64,000 nucleotides of DNA. Source: an uncultured Mucilaginibacter sp. (GTDB taxonomy: Bacteria; Bacteroidota; Bacteroidia; Sphingobacteriales; Sphingobacteriaceae). The notes beneath the pieces were generated by a model. The model searched no databases. It was not told the origin of the DNA and saw only the letters and a program-made list of their open reading frames with translations. Shown piece by piece: positions 29,212 to 38,340 of this stretch. The translations under genes were made by a program, and so were the position numbers. Position 1 is the first letter of the stretch. Each line of letters starts with the position of its first letter. The stretch lies in assembly GCF_903893715.1 (NCBI RefSeq), contig NZ_CAITNG010000094.1, forward strand, positions 28,560 to 92,559, read 5' to 3'.

Positions 29212-30093
29212 TCAGGGTATGAATTTAAAGGCCAACAAAATGACATATTGCAATATCAATATGCCATCCATGTAAAAAAAGTAATAGTACTCATCCTTTT
29301 CCCATTCCGATTTAAAGATGAGCCAGCCGGTCAGGATGGTGGTGAGCCCCAGTGCGAAGAAATCGGGACTAAAGCCGTTGCCCCTGAACAAAAACAACAG
29401 CACCATGTAAATAGCCAATAAGGCCTGGCAAAAAAGGTAGGCTTTTTTCTCTCCAAAAATAACCGGGATTGTTTTTACGCCTTCAATGCTGTCCTGAAAG
29501 AGGTCGCGGATATCGAAGGGGATGGTCAACGCGAAAATGAAGACGAATCGTTTGGCGAACAAGATGGCTTCATCTGAAAATGACAGACGGACCAATTGCG
29601 CCCGTTCGGCTTCAAATATGGGCAACAGCACGCCGCTTACGGTCCAAACCAGGGCAATCATCAACGATTTGATGCCGGGCACACTACGTAAGCCGAACTT
29701 TTTACCACGGATGGAAAATATGGGTAAACCATACCCTATGGACAAAACAGAAAGGAATACCAGCAATATTTGTGAAACCGGCGATAGCAGGAAAAACAAA
29801 GGCATCAACACAATGCCCGAGATGATGGTGATAAGCACCATAACTTTGTTGTGTTTAAAAAACCATCGCACACGCAAAAAAGGCGATGCTTGGGGCTCTT
29901 TCGGCTTGCCCGCAAAAACATTGAGATTGTAAGTAAAAATGGTGGATACAAAGAGGAGCACAAAAAGTGGATAAGTGGTGGGCCGCGCACCGATAAGCTG
30001 TAAAGTTACCAGGGCCTGTGCCACCGCGCACAGTGCCATAAACAGATTGCTGAACAGCAAAGAATCGAAAAATGGCTTAAAAAACGTTTTCAT
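29212..30093 (-). CDS. UbiA-prenyltransferase-like membrane protein
   Basis: About 8 TM helices; second Asp-rich motif FDIRDLFQDSIEGVKTIP is present; the first motif is degenerate (TYNLN). Confidence 0.7.
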   Translation of the reverse strand: MKTFFKPFFDSLLFSNLFMALCAVAQALVTLQLIGARPTTYPLFVLLFVSTIFTYNLNVFAGKPKEPQASPFLRVRWFFKHNKVMVLITIISGIVLMPLFFLLSPVSQILLVFLSVLSIGYGLPIFSIRGKKFGLRSVPGIKSLMIALVWTVSGVLLPIFEAERAQLVRLSFSDEAILFAKRFVFIFALTIPFDIRDLFQDSIEGVKTIPVIFGEKKAYLFCQALLAIYMVLLFLFRGNGFSPDFFALGLTTILTGWLIFKSEWEKDEYYYFFYMDGILILQYVILLAFKFIP

Positions 30094-30127
30094 AGCGGCA
30101 AATTAAAGCCCTTGCCCACTATGTAGA

Positions 30128-31408
30128 TTATGAAATGATATTCTTAAGCGCAGGATCGGCTGAGGCTTTGAGTGTAAATATCGTTATTTCGGGCAATATT
30201 CCAACCCGGCCGGGATAACCTAAAAAGCCGTATCCGGTATTTACATATAACTGCTGATTTCCTTCGCGATAAAAACCGGCCCATTCTTTATACACATATT
30301 GTATAGGGCTCCATTGAAAGTATTTGGTTTGTACGCCAAACTGCATGCCATGGGTATGCCCGGCAAACATCACATCGATATCCTTATGGTCCAGCACCTG
30401 CGCGCGCCAATGCGATGGGTCATGCGAGAGTAGCAGTTTTACAGGCAGGCCATCCGTTCCTTTTTCGGCCAGGTCTATCCGTCCGTATTTTGGGAAACGG
30501 CTTAAACTCCCCCAGTTTTCCACGCCTAATATGCCTATTTCTTCATTGTCCACTTTTAAACGGCGGCTGTCGTTCAATAGTAAATCCCAACCCATATTTT
30601 TATGGGTAGCCTTTAAATCATCCAGATTTCTCTTTTTAGCTTCGAGGCTATCCCAATGCGCATAATCGCCATAATCATGGTTGCCCAACGATGAATATAC
30701 GCCCAGCGGAGCTTTCACCTTGGCAAAGATGTCCTGGTATTCGCGCATCTCACTGGCCATGTCGTTTACCAGGTCTCCGGTAAAGAAAATGAAGTCTGGC
30801 TTTTCCCGTAACAACATTTCTACACCACCTGCTACCGCTTTCTTATTATAAAAACTGCCCGAATGTATGTCGGATAGTTGCCCGAGTTTTATCCCGTCAA
30901 AGGCTTTGGGTAGGTTTGGCAGGTACAGCACACGATGTTTGACCCGATAATCGTAAACGCCGGATATAACGCCGTAGCCCATAGTTACCAAGGGTAATGA
31001 ACCTGCCAGTAAACCGGCTTTCATTAAGAACTCGGAACGGGGTATACTGTCGGGCTTGGGGTGGCTGGCCGGAAATTCGGGTTCTGCGGTTTTGTTCTTT
31101 CTCGCCCTAAATAAAATTAGCCTGCGTATATCGTCGACAACGATAAAGGGCAAAAACAGCACCTTAGCCATTAATACTAAAAAGAACACCAATAAAAACG
31201 CAGCTTTAACGCCAACGCCAAACTTAAGGTAGATACTCGCTAAAACACCAGCTATCAAAAATATCGATACGCCCCAATACCACCTTGTAAACGACTTTTT
31301 TTTAGGAAATTTCCATTTTTTTGAAATTCCCTTTATGCCACTGATGATATATACGTCGGCTATCAATAAGCCGATACAAACGATTAATATGGTTACAATC
31401 TGTCCCAA
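30128..31408 (-). CDS. Membrane-anchored metallophosphoesterase (YkuE-like)
   Basis: Three N-terminal TM helices; SDIHSG, FTGDLVN, LGNHDYG, LLSHDP, AGHTHG, YVNTGYG. Confidence 0.9.
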   Translation of the reverse strand: MGQIVTILIVCIGLLIADVYIISGIKGISKKWKFPKKKSFTRWYWGVSIFLIAGVLASIYLKFGVGVKAAFLLVFFLVLMAKVLFLPFIVVDDIRRLILFRARKNKTAEPEFPASHPKPDSIPRSEFLMKAGLLAGSLPLVTMGYGVISGVYDYRVKHRVLYLPNLPKAFDGIKLGQLSDIHSGSFYNKKAVAGGVEMLLREKPDFIFFTGDLVNDMASEMREYQDIFAKVKAPLGVYSSLGNHDYGDYAHWDSLEAKKRNLDDLKATHKNMGWDLLLNDSRRLKVDNEEIGILGVENWGSLSRFPKYGRIDLAEKGTDGLPVKLLLSHDPSHWRAQVLDHKDIDVMFAGHTHGMQFGVQTKYFQWSPIQYVYKEWAGFYREGNQQLYVNTGYGFLGYPGRVGILPEITIFTLKASADPALKNIIS

Positions 31409-31417
31409 AATAAAAAA

Positions 31418-32911
31418 TTAGTAACGGTCGTCGTCCATGTCCTCGTCGGGTTCCATGTTGAACAAACTGTTGAACATATCCGAGAACGCGAAACCGTTGT
31501 TTAAAAATCCTTTATTCAACTGCGAAAACTCTGCCAAACCGTGCAGTACAAATTCCATCAGTAATAATTGCTGGTTTTCTGCCAGTTTAGGATGGAAAGT
31601 TTTTACCAGCGCTTTAAGCCCCGTTACCGAATTGAGTACCTTTTTATAATCGGGCAAAGGCAGGTCGTCAATCACCGATAAAGTGTTCCCATTGCCAAAC
31701 CACTCAATAATTTCGGCATACGGGTTGGCTTTTTTCGATTTTTTTGCTTTCTCCGGATCGGGGAAATATTGCAGCAATAAAGTCTTGATAGCCTTGCCGA
31801 TGAGGATGTTTGCCACTTTGGCAGGCCCTTCCAGTTCGCCCTCGTAAACCAGCTCAATTTTGCCTGTTATGGCCGGGATAACGCCCAGAAAATCGGAAAT
31901 GCGTACAAAAGTGTTCTTTTCACGGTTGATGATCATGCGGCGCTCGGCATTGCTGATCAGATTCTCGTAAGCCGAAATGGTGAGCCTTGCCGATACACCC
32001 GATTTTTTGTCTATATACTCGGAGTTGCGCGCCTCGAAAGCGATCTGCTCCACCAGGTTCTTCACCAAACCATCTGCTTCGATGGTCGCCTTTTGCGAAG
32101 CCGTTAATGATGCTTCCTGCTGGGTAATCTTCCTTGAAATTTCTACAGAGTGCGGGTAGTGTGTCAGTATCTGGCTCTCGATACGATCCTTCAATGGTGT
32201 TACGATGGAGCCACGGTTGGTATAATCCTCGGGGTTGGCAGTAAATACAAACTGGAGATCCAAAGGCAAGCGTAATTTAAAACCGCGGATTTGGATATCT
32301 TTTTCCTGCAGGATATTAAAGAGTGCAACCTGTATGCGCGCCTGCAAATCGGGCAGTTCGTTGATGACGAAGATACCCCTGTGCGCGCGTGGTATCAAAC
32401 CAAAATGCAGTACCCGCTCATCCGAATAGGTCAGCTTGAGCGTAGCGGCTTTGATGGGGTCCACATCGCCTATCAGGTCGGCAACGGTAACATCGGGTGT
32501 GGCCAGTTTTTCGGTATAGCGTTCGGAGCGGTGCAGCCAGGCAATCAGTGTGTCATCACCTTTGGTCAATACTTCGTTATGCCCGAACCAGGATATCGGG
32601 TTGAAGGGATCGTCATATAATTCCGAACCTTCGATATAAGGAATGTACTCATCCAGCAAATTAACCAGCAGCCTGGCGATACGGGTTTTTGCCTGTCCGC
32701 GTAAGCCCAACAACAAAATGTTGTGGCGCGACAGGATAGCGGTTTGCAGGTCGGGTATTACGGTATCCTCGTAACCAATGATGCCTTCAAAACCGCCTTC
32801 ATGTTTCTGTAATTGCTCAATTAAATTGCCGCGCAGCTCGTCTTTTACCGACCGGCTTACGTAGCCGCTTTGTTTTAACTGGCCTAATGTTTTTATGTTT
32901 GGTATGCTCAT
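31418..32911 (-). CDS. AAA+ ATPase, Mg-chelatase/MoxR-like, paired with the VWA protein
   Basis: Walker A GLRGQAKT, Walker B FVINELPDL, TANPEDYTNRG, PLKDRI. Confidence 0.85.
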   Translation of the reverse strand: MSIPNIKTLGQLKQSGYVSRSVKDELRGNLIEQLQKHEGGFEGIIGYEDTVIPDLQTAILSRHNILLLGLRGQAKTRIARLLVNLLDEYIPYIEGSELYDDPFNPISWFGHNEVLTKGDDTLIAWLHRSERYTEKLATPDVTVADLIGDVDPIKAATLKLTYSDERVLHFGLIPRAHRGIFVINELPDLQARIQVALFNILQEKDIQIRGFKLRLPLDLQFVFTANPEDYTNRGSIVTPLKDRIESQILTHYPHSVEISRKITQQEASLTASQKATIEADGLVKNLVEQIAFEARNSEYIDKKSGVSARLTISAYENLISNAERRMIINREKNTFVRISDFLGVIPAITGKIELVYEGELEGPAKVANILIGKAIKTLLLQYFPDPEKAKKSKKANPYAEIIEWFGNGNTLSVIDDLPLPDYKKVLNSVTGLKALVKTFHPKLAENQQLLLMEFVLHGLAEFSQLNKGFLNNGFAFSDMFNSLFNMEPDEDMDDDRY

Positions 32912-32915
32912 GCTA

Positions 32916-33013
32916 AGTTCTTGGTCCGGAGTTTTTAGTTCAGAGTCCGGATAGTTTGTTAATATTGTTATTTTTTCTTGACTCCCGACTTAGGACTCGC
33001 GACTCAAGACTTA
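32916..33013. repeat. Inverted pair of five-unit heptamer arrays
   Basis: (A/G)GT(C/T) at 32916, 32923, 32930, 32937, 32944 and GACT at 32980, 32987, 32994, 33001, 33008; both arms have an exact 7-nt period. Confidence 0.75.
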
Positions 33014-34108
33014 TCTCACCGTCCTTCTCCGGTTCCTGATGTAATCTTCAAAAATATATTCACCTAAACCGTTCAGTGAGCTGTAAAATGCTTTGCCGCC
33101 GTTGGTTTCGGTAAAGGTGCGCACAAACTGCTGCAGGTAAGGGTCCTTCGCTATCATAAACGTGGTGATGGGTATTTTCAACCGCTTGCATTGCGCAGCC
33201 ATGTTCAATGTTTTGTTCACCACCTTTCTATCCAAACCGATGCTGTTTTTATAATATTTTGTACCTTCTTTCAGGCAGGTTGGCTTGCCGTCGGTAATCA
33301 TAAATATCTGCTTGTTATGCGTTTTACGGCGGCGCAGCAGGTCGGTAGCCAGTTCCAGGCCGGCATATGTATTGGTATGATACGGGCCAACTTGTAAGTA
33401 TGGCAGGTCCTTCAGTGTGATAGGCCAGGCATCATTACCAAACACCACAATATCCAAAGTATCTTTGGGATATTTGGTTTTGATGAGTTCGGCTAAAGCC
33501 ATAGCTACTTTTTTGGCCGGGGTTATCCGGTCTTCGCCATACAAGATCATGGAGTGCGATATATCGATCATCAGCACGGTTGAGGTGAGGGTTTTAAAGT
33601 CCATTTCCTCTACTTCCAGGTCTCGCTCGGTGAGGTGGAAATCATCAATACCATGATTGATCTGCGCGTTGTGCACGCTTTGCGTCATGTCGATACGGTC
33701 GAGGCTGTCGCCAAACTCAAACTCGCGGCGCTCTGAGTTTTTCTCTTCGCCCTGCCCGCTTTTTGGCGAACGGTGGTTGCCCTTGCCTGATTTTTTGAGT
33801 TTGCCGAATATCTCTTCCAATGCCGACTGGCGTATGCCCTGTTCCGTTTTGGCGGTGATGTTAAATTCGCCGCTTTGCTCGTCTTCGCCCAGGTAGCCTT
33901 TTTGTTTCAGTTCGTCTATAAAATCGCCGATGCCGTATTCGTCGTTGGTGAGTTTGTATTGTTTATCGAGTTCGTTGAGCCATTGCAGCGCTTCACCGGC
34001 ATCGCCGGCGGTATAGTTGAGCAATTCCATAAACAGTTTCAACAATTCGTCGAAACTGCCTTTTGTAAATTGCTGTGGAGTAAATTTTGAGAAGCCAAAA
34101 CCGCGCAT
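33011..34108 (-). CDS. VWA domain protein (partner of the AAA ATPase)
   Basis: MIDAS motif DISHSM, YHTNT, MITDGKP. Confidence 0.9.
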   Translation of the reverse strand: MRGFGFSKFTPQQFTKGSFDELLKLFMELLNYTAGDAGEALQWLNELDKQYKLTNDEYGIGDFIDELKQKGYLGEDEQSGEFNITAKTEQGIRQSALEEIFGKLKKSGKGNHRSPKSGQGEEKNSERREFEFGDSLDRIDMTQSVHNAQINHGIDDFHLTERDLEVEEMDFKTLTSTVLMIDISHSMILYGEDRITPAKKVAMALAELIKTKYPKDTLDIVVFGNDAWPITLKDLPYLQVGPYHTNTYAGLELATDLLRRRKTHNKQIFMITDGKPTCLKEGTKYYKNSIGLDRKVVNKTLNMAAQCKRLKIPITTFMIAKDPYLQQFVRTFTETNGGKAFYSSLNGLGEYIFEDYIRNRRRTVR

Positions 34109-34241
34109 AATATCCTTTCGTGCTAAACTAACGCCGAATTTAAGACATTAGTTTTAAACATGCCTGTACGCCAAAGGCATTTTAGCTTTTTATGACGCGA
34201 TATTTACAACGCTTGTTGATAAGGTTGCGAATCGCCGATGC

Positions 34242-35480
34242 CTACGCTTTTTTCTTTTTCCAGTTACCGCCCTTGCCGCCACCACCTTTGCGGCGATTGA
34301 ATCCGCCACCACCTCCGCCGCTATGGGCGCTTACCGGTTTGAATACCGGTTTTTCGCCGAACTCCTCAGGTAGTTCGGTTTCGGGTACGGGGCGGCCTAT
34401 CATGGCCTCGATGGCCAGCAGCTTGCGCTGGTCGCGCTCATTCACCAAAGTAATGGCCGTGCCGGTAGTTGCGGCACGGGCTGTACGGCCTATGCGGTGG
34501 ATATAATCTTCGGGGTCGCCGGGTACATCGTAATTCATTACCAGGTCAATCCCTTCCACATCAATACCCCGCGAAAGCACATCGGTACCAACCAAAACCT
34601 GTAGTTTGCGGTTTTTAAAATCGAGCAAAATATCTTCGCGTTCCGATTGTTTCAGGTCGGAGTGGAAGGCCATGACCGAAAATTTCATTCCTTTCAGCAC
34701 TTTGAACACCTCTTTCACCTTTTCCTTCATCCCGCAAAAGATGATGACGCTGGTATAGTTGGAATCTTTTAGCAGGGACTGTATCAAAGGTGTTTTCTGA
34801 CTATCGAAAACTTTATATATCTGCTGGTCTATCCCAACAGCAGGCTGAGAAATCGCTAAGCTGATCTGTTCTGGCTCATGCAAAATAGATTTGGCCAATT
34901 TAAGTATGCGCCCCGGCATGGTGGCTGAAAACAGCAGGGTTTGCCTTTTTTCGGGCAGAAAGCTGATGATGCGCATAATGTCGTCCATAAAGCCCATGTC
35001 GAGCATACGGTCGGCTTCGTCCAATACCAGGTGTTTAAGATCATCCAGCTTTACTTTACCGCTCGATAGGTGGGCCAATAAGCGGCCAGGGGTTGCAATG
35101 AGGATATTGGCGCCATGCTCAATGCCTTTGCGTTGTTGTTCGTAAACCATACCATCGCCGCCGCCAAATATGGCAATGCTGGTAACGCCGGTAAAATAGC
35201 CCAGGCCTTGTATCTGCTGGTCTATCTGTTGAGCAAGTTCGCGGGTAGGGGCCAGTATCAGGGTATTGATTTTGGGGTTCTCCAGCTTGCTGATGTGCTC
35301 GATAACGGGCAGCAGGTAAGCGGCGGTTTTACCGGTCCCGGTTTGCGCGCAGGCGATGATATCGCGACCGGATAATATGATAGGGATGGCCTCAGCCTGA
35401 ACGGGCGTGGGCGTATCAAACCCCATGCTTGTTATACCCTCAAATAAGTGTTCGTTGAAATTAAAATCTGCGAAAGTCAA
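34242..35480 (-). CDS. DEAD-box RNA helicase (RhlE-like), TTG start
   Basis: Q-motif GFDTPTPVQ, AQTGTGKT, PTRELA, TPGR, DEAD, SAT, RGID, HRIGRTAR; Gly/Lys-rich tail. Confidence 0.95.
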   Translation of the reverse strand: MTFADFNFNEHLFEGITSMGFDTPTPVQAEAIPIILSGRDIIACAQTGTGKTAAYLLPVIEHISKLENPKINTLILAPTRELAQQIDQQIQGLGYFTGVTSIAIFGGGDGMVYEQQRKGIEHGANILIATPGRLLAHLSSGKVKLDDLKHLVLDEADRMLDMGFMDDIMRIISFLPEKRQTLLFSATMPGRILKLAKSILHEPEQISLAISQPAVGIDQQIYKVFDSQKTPLIQSLLKDSNYTSVIIFCGMKEKVKEVFKVLKGMKFSVMAFHSDLKQSEREDILLDFKNRKLQVLVGTDVLSRGIDVEGIDLVMNYDVPGDPEDYIHRIGRTARAATTGTAITLVNERDQRKLLAIEAMIGRPVPETELPEEFGEKPVFKPVSAHSGGGGGGFNRRKGGGGKGGNWKKKKA

Positions 35481-35671
35481 ATTGTAGATGCTGTTAAATA
35501 GCGCAAGGTAGCTTTTTTAAGCGAGAGTTAAAAGTTTTGTGCCGGGTGAGCCGGTATTAAGGATATAAATACCTTTTCCATGGAATAAGTTGGCCATATC
35601 GGTTTGGAAAGTAACGATTTTTAATCTCACCGGTATTTCTGTATATTTAGCCATTAACGCACCTCATAAAA

Positions 35672-36982
35672 ATGAAAAAAATCGTACTCACCCTGTTTTG
35701 CGGACTCACCATGTCTGCAATATATGCCCAAACCACCTCCAAAGCCGAAGTAGCCAAACGCGCCGACGCCATCGAAAAAAAGATCATCGCCTGGCGCGAG
35801 GATTTCCATGAGCACCCCGAACTGGGCAACCACGAGTTCCGCTCGGCGGATATTATCGCCAGGCACCTGCGTTCCTTAGGTATCGAAGTAAAAACCGGCG
35901 TAGCAACAACAGGCGTAGTAGGTTTATTGGTGGGAGGGAAGCCTGGCCCGGTGGTGGCCCTGCGTGCCGATATGGATGCCTTGCCCGTTATCGAGCGTAC
36001 CCCCGTGCCTTTCGCGTCGAAAGTTACCACCACCTATATGGGCAATACCGTTGGCGTGATGCATGCCTGCGGGCACGATTCGCACATGGCCATCCTGATG
36101 GGCGTTGCCGAGGTGTTGGCCTCGATGAAAGCCGATATTCATGGCACCGTTAAATTCATCTTCCAGCCAGCCGAAGAAGGTCTGCCTCCCGGCGAAAAAG
36201 GCGGCGCCGAAGAAATGGTGAAAGAAGGCGTAATGGAAAACCCCAAGGTGGATGCTGTTTTTGGCCTGCACATACAATCGTACCAGCCCGTGGGCACCAT
36301 CACCTACCGTGCCGGCGGCGATATGGCCTCAGTTAACGATATGCAGATCATCGTAAAAGGCCGCTCATCGCACGGGGCCTACCCATGGTCCAGCGTGGAC
36401 CCGATCGTTACCTCCGCCGAAATTGTAAGCGCCCTGCAAACCGTAGTGAGCCGCAACCTGCACATTACCGATAACCCTGCCGTGGTAACCGTTGGCGCCA
36501 TCAACGGCGGCAACCGCTCCAATATCATCCCCGAACAGGTAACCATGCTCGGCACTATCCGCACCTTTAGCGATGGCGACGAAAAAATGATCATCGACAG
36601 GGTAAAAACCATCGCTACCAAAATAGCGGAAGCCAACGGCGCCACGGCCGAAGTGAAGATACCTTACAGCAGTCATTACCCCGTAACCTATAACGACCCT
36701 GCCCTGGTAGCCAAAATGCTGCCCACGCTACAAGCCACAGCCAGTGCCGATAACATCATTATGCGCCACGCCGAAACCGGCGCCGAAGATTTTAGCTTTT
36801 ACGAGCAAAAAGCGCCGGGTATATTTATCCACCTCGGCGGCCTGCCCAAAGGCGGCGACCCGCTAACAGCACCCGCCCACCATACCCCCGATTTTTTTAT
36901 CGATGAAAGCGGGTTTACATTGGGCGTGAAAGCGCTTTGCAATTTGGCTTTGGATTATATGGCGATGCAGACTAAGAAATAA
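35672..36982 (+). CDS. M20D amidohydrolase (N-acyl-amino-acid amidohydrolase-like), exported
   Basis: Signal peptide; HEHPEL, LRADMDAL, MHACGHD, FQPAEEG, GAEDF, HHTPDF. Confidence 0.92.
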   Translation: MKKIVLTLFCGLTMSAIYAQTTSKAEVAKRADAIEKKIIAWREDFHEHPELGNHEFRSADIIARHLRSLGIEVKTGVATTGVVGLLVGGKPGPVVALRADMDALPVIERTPVPFASKVTTTYMGNTVGVMHACGHDSHMAILMGVAEVLASMKADIHGTVKFIFQPAEEGLPPGEKGGAEEMVKEGVMENPKVDAVFGLHIQSYQPVGTITYRAGGDMASVNDMQIIVKGRSSHGAYPWSSVDPIVTSAEIVSALQTVVSRNLHITDNPAVVTVGAINGGNRSNIIPEQVTMLGTIRTFSDGDEKMIIDRVKTIATKIAEANGATAEVKIPYSSHYPVTYNDPALVAKMLPTLQATASADNIIMRHAETGAEDFSFYEQKAPGIFIHLGGLPKGGDPLTAPAHHTPDFFIDESGFTLGVKALCNLALDYMAMQTKK

Positions 36983-37074
36983 TGTGCAAATGATTTGAAT
37001 TACAAACATTTAGACGACAATGAAAAAGTAAGATAGGCAAGTTTGCCCGGTAGGGGCATATTTAAAAGTTCATT

Positions 37075-37611
37075 ATGAGATATTTAACATTAGTTATCGT
37101 TTCATTTTTTGCAGCATGTAATTCGCCAAAGAAAGGCTCGAAAATTGAATATATAGATCCAAACAGTATTACTATAAATGGTGTATTGAAGTTTCATGAG
37201 AGCTATAGTAATGTCGCAGCTAATTTAGGAGTTGTTGATAGCATGGCATATTCTGTTCTTCCACAATATCAGGTTATCAAATCAAATAATTGTTATTTCA
37301 AAAATTTGGCTTTTATAAAGCGAGGCGACTCTCTTTATTTCAATAATGCTTTATTTAGGAACACAAAGATCAATTATTTGCAAAGTCCTAAAATGAGATT
37401 TGACGGTTCGACGAAGATCGACGACGTTGAAAAAATGTTTGATACAGAAGAATCAACACGCGGAACTGATATGGATATCAGAACAACTTTGTTTATTAAA
37501 ATCGAACATACCGATACAGACAAACCCAATGACGGGCACTGGATGCTTGACTTTGATACCAATACAGGTAGGTTATATCGAATGACAATCCTTGGCGCTC
37601 AAAAAGATTAG
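37075..37611 (+). CDS. Hypothetical lipoprotein, low GC
   Basis: 178-aa ORF with lipobox FAAC; no recognised family; visibly AT-rich. Confidence 0.7.
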   Translation: MRYLTLVIVSFFAACNSPKKGSKIEYIDPNSITINGVLKFHESYSNVAANLGVVDSMAYSVLPQYQVIKSNNCYFKNLAFIKRGDSLYFNNALFRNTKINYLQSPKMRFDGSTKIDDVEKMFDTEESTRGTDMDIRTTLFIKIEHTDTDKPNDGHWMLDFDTNTGRLYRMTILGAQKD

Positions 37612-37619
37612 CTGAATCC

Positions 37620-37686
37620 CCCTTGCCCCACCTCCTCTTCATCTGTAGCAAAAACCAATGGCGCAGCCCTACGGCTGTGTTGTTGT
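37620..37686 (+). pseudogene. Truncated duplicate of the 5' end of the LMW phosphatase gene (direct repeat copy 1)
   Basis: 61/67 nt identical to 38274-38340; reads LPHLLFICSKNQWRSPTAVLL-stop. Confidence 0.85.
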
Positions 37687-37705
37687 AAATAATGTTTGTT
37701 ATTAG

Positions 37706-37713
37706 TAAATTTG
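37706..37713 (+). promoter_or_regulatory. -7 promoter element (TAAATTTG) of the antitoxin-doc module
   Basis: Matches TAnnTTTG 3 nt before ATG 37717; TTG at 37683-37685 (inside repeat copy 1) is a possible -33 element. Confidence 0.5.
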
Positions 37714-37716
37714 AAT

Positions 37717-37905
37717 ATGAGTACGGCAGAAATTAAATTGGAAATACAACAGGTACTTGATAGGGTACCGGAAGATGCCTTAGTTTATATTTTAAATCAA
37801 GTAAAAGAGATTGAAGCGAATACAGCAGATAGGTCTAAGCTGGAAAAAAATATAGACAAGATCTTTTCGGAAAACAAAGGCTTATTGGAAAGATTGGCCC
37901 AATGA
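37717..37905 (+). CDS. Small putative antitoxin upstream of doc
   Basis: 62 aa, helical; ends in the ENKGLLERLAQ-type tail seen in Doc partners; ATGA overlap with doc. Confidence 0.7.
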   Translation: MSTAEIKLEIQQVLDRVPEDALVYILNQVKEIEANTADRSKLEKNIDKIFSENKGLLERLAQ

Positions 37906-38273
37906 TCAGCTTGGCAAATGCCCTAAGAGTTCATGAGAGGTCTATAGAACAATTTGGAGGAGGTATGGGCATTCGCGACATTGGGGCCTTGCAAGCGGCC
38001 ATTGCCCGCCCCTATGCAACTTTCGGAGATATCGATCTTTATCCGACAGCCATTGAAAAAGCCGCTTCCATACTCGAAAGTATTTTGATCAATCATCCGT
38101 TTATTGATGGTAACAAGCGTACTGGTTATGTATTAATGGAGTTGATGATAATTGAAGAGGACAAGATGATTTTTGCTACGGAGGATGAAAAATATGCACT
38201 GGTAATTTCGGCCAGCACAGGTGAGTTTCGTTTCGACGAGATCAAACAGTGGTTGACTACTCACATAAAATAG
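37902..38273 (+). CDS. doc: Type II toxin, death-on-curing (Doc/Fic) family
   Basis: GIRDIGALQAAIARP, AIEKAA, HPFIDGNKRTG (Doc-type motif with Lys). Confidence 0.92.
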   Translation: MISLANALRVHERSIEQFGGGMGIRDIGALQAAIARPYATFGDIDLYPTAIEKAASILESILINHPFIDGNKRTGYVLMELMIIEEDKMIFATEDEKYALVISASTGEFRFDEIKQWLTTHIK

Positions 38274-38340
38274 CCCTTGCCCAACATCCTCTTCATCTGT
38301 AGTAAAAACCAATGGCGCAGCCCAACGGCAGAGTTGTTGT
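38274..38340 (+). repeat. Direct repeat copy 2 (the intact 5' end of the phosphatase gene)
   Basis: 61/67 nt identical to 37620-37686, 654 nt apart. Confidence 0.85.

Noticed and set aside
29212-30093. Possible pathway link between the UbiA-like gene and the terpene-cyclase homologue at 62085
   Set aside because: They are 32 kb apart with no shared regulatory motif; nothing in the sequence supports the link.
31418-32911. Walker B reads INE rather than DE, suggesting a dead ATPase
   Set aside because: To my knowledge NELPDL is the normal form in this AAA-VWA family, so it is not a local degeneration.
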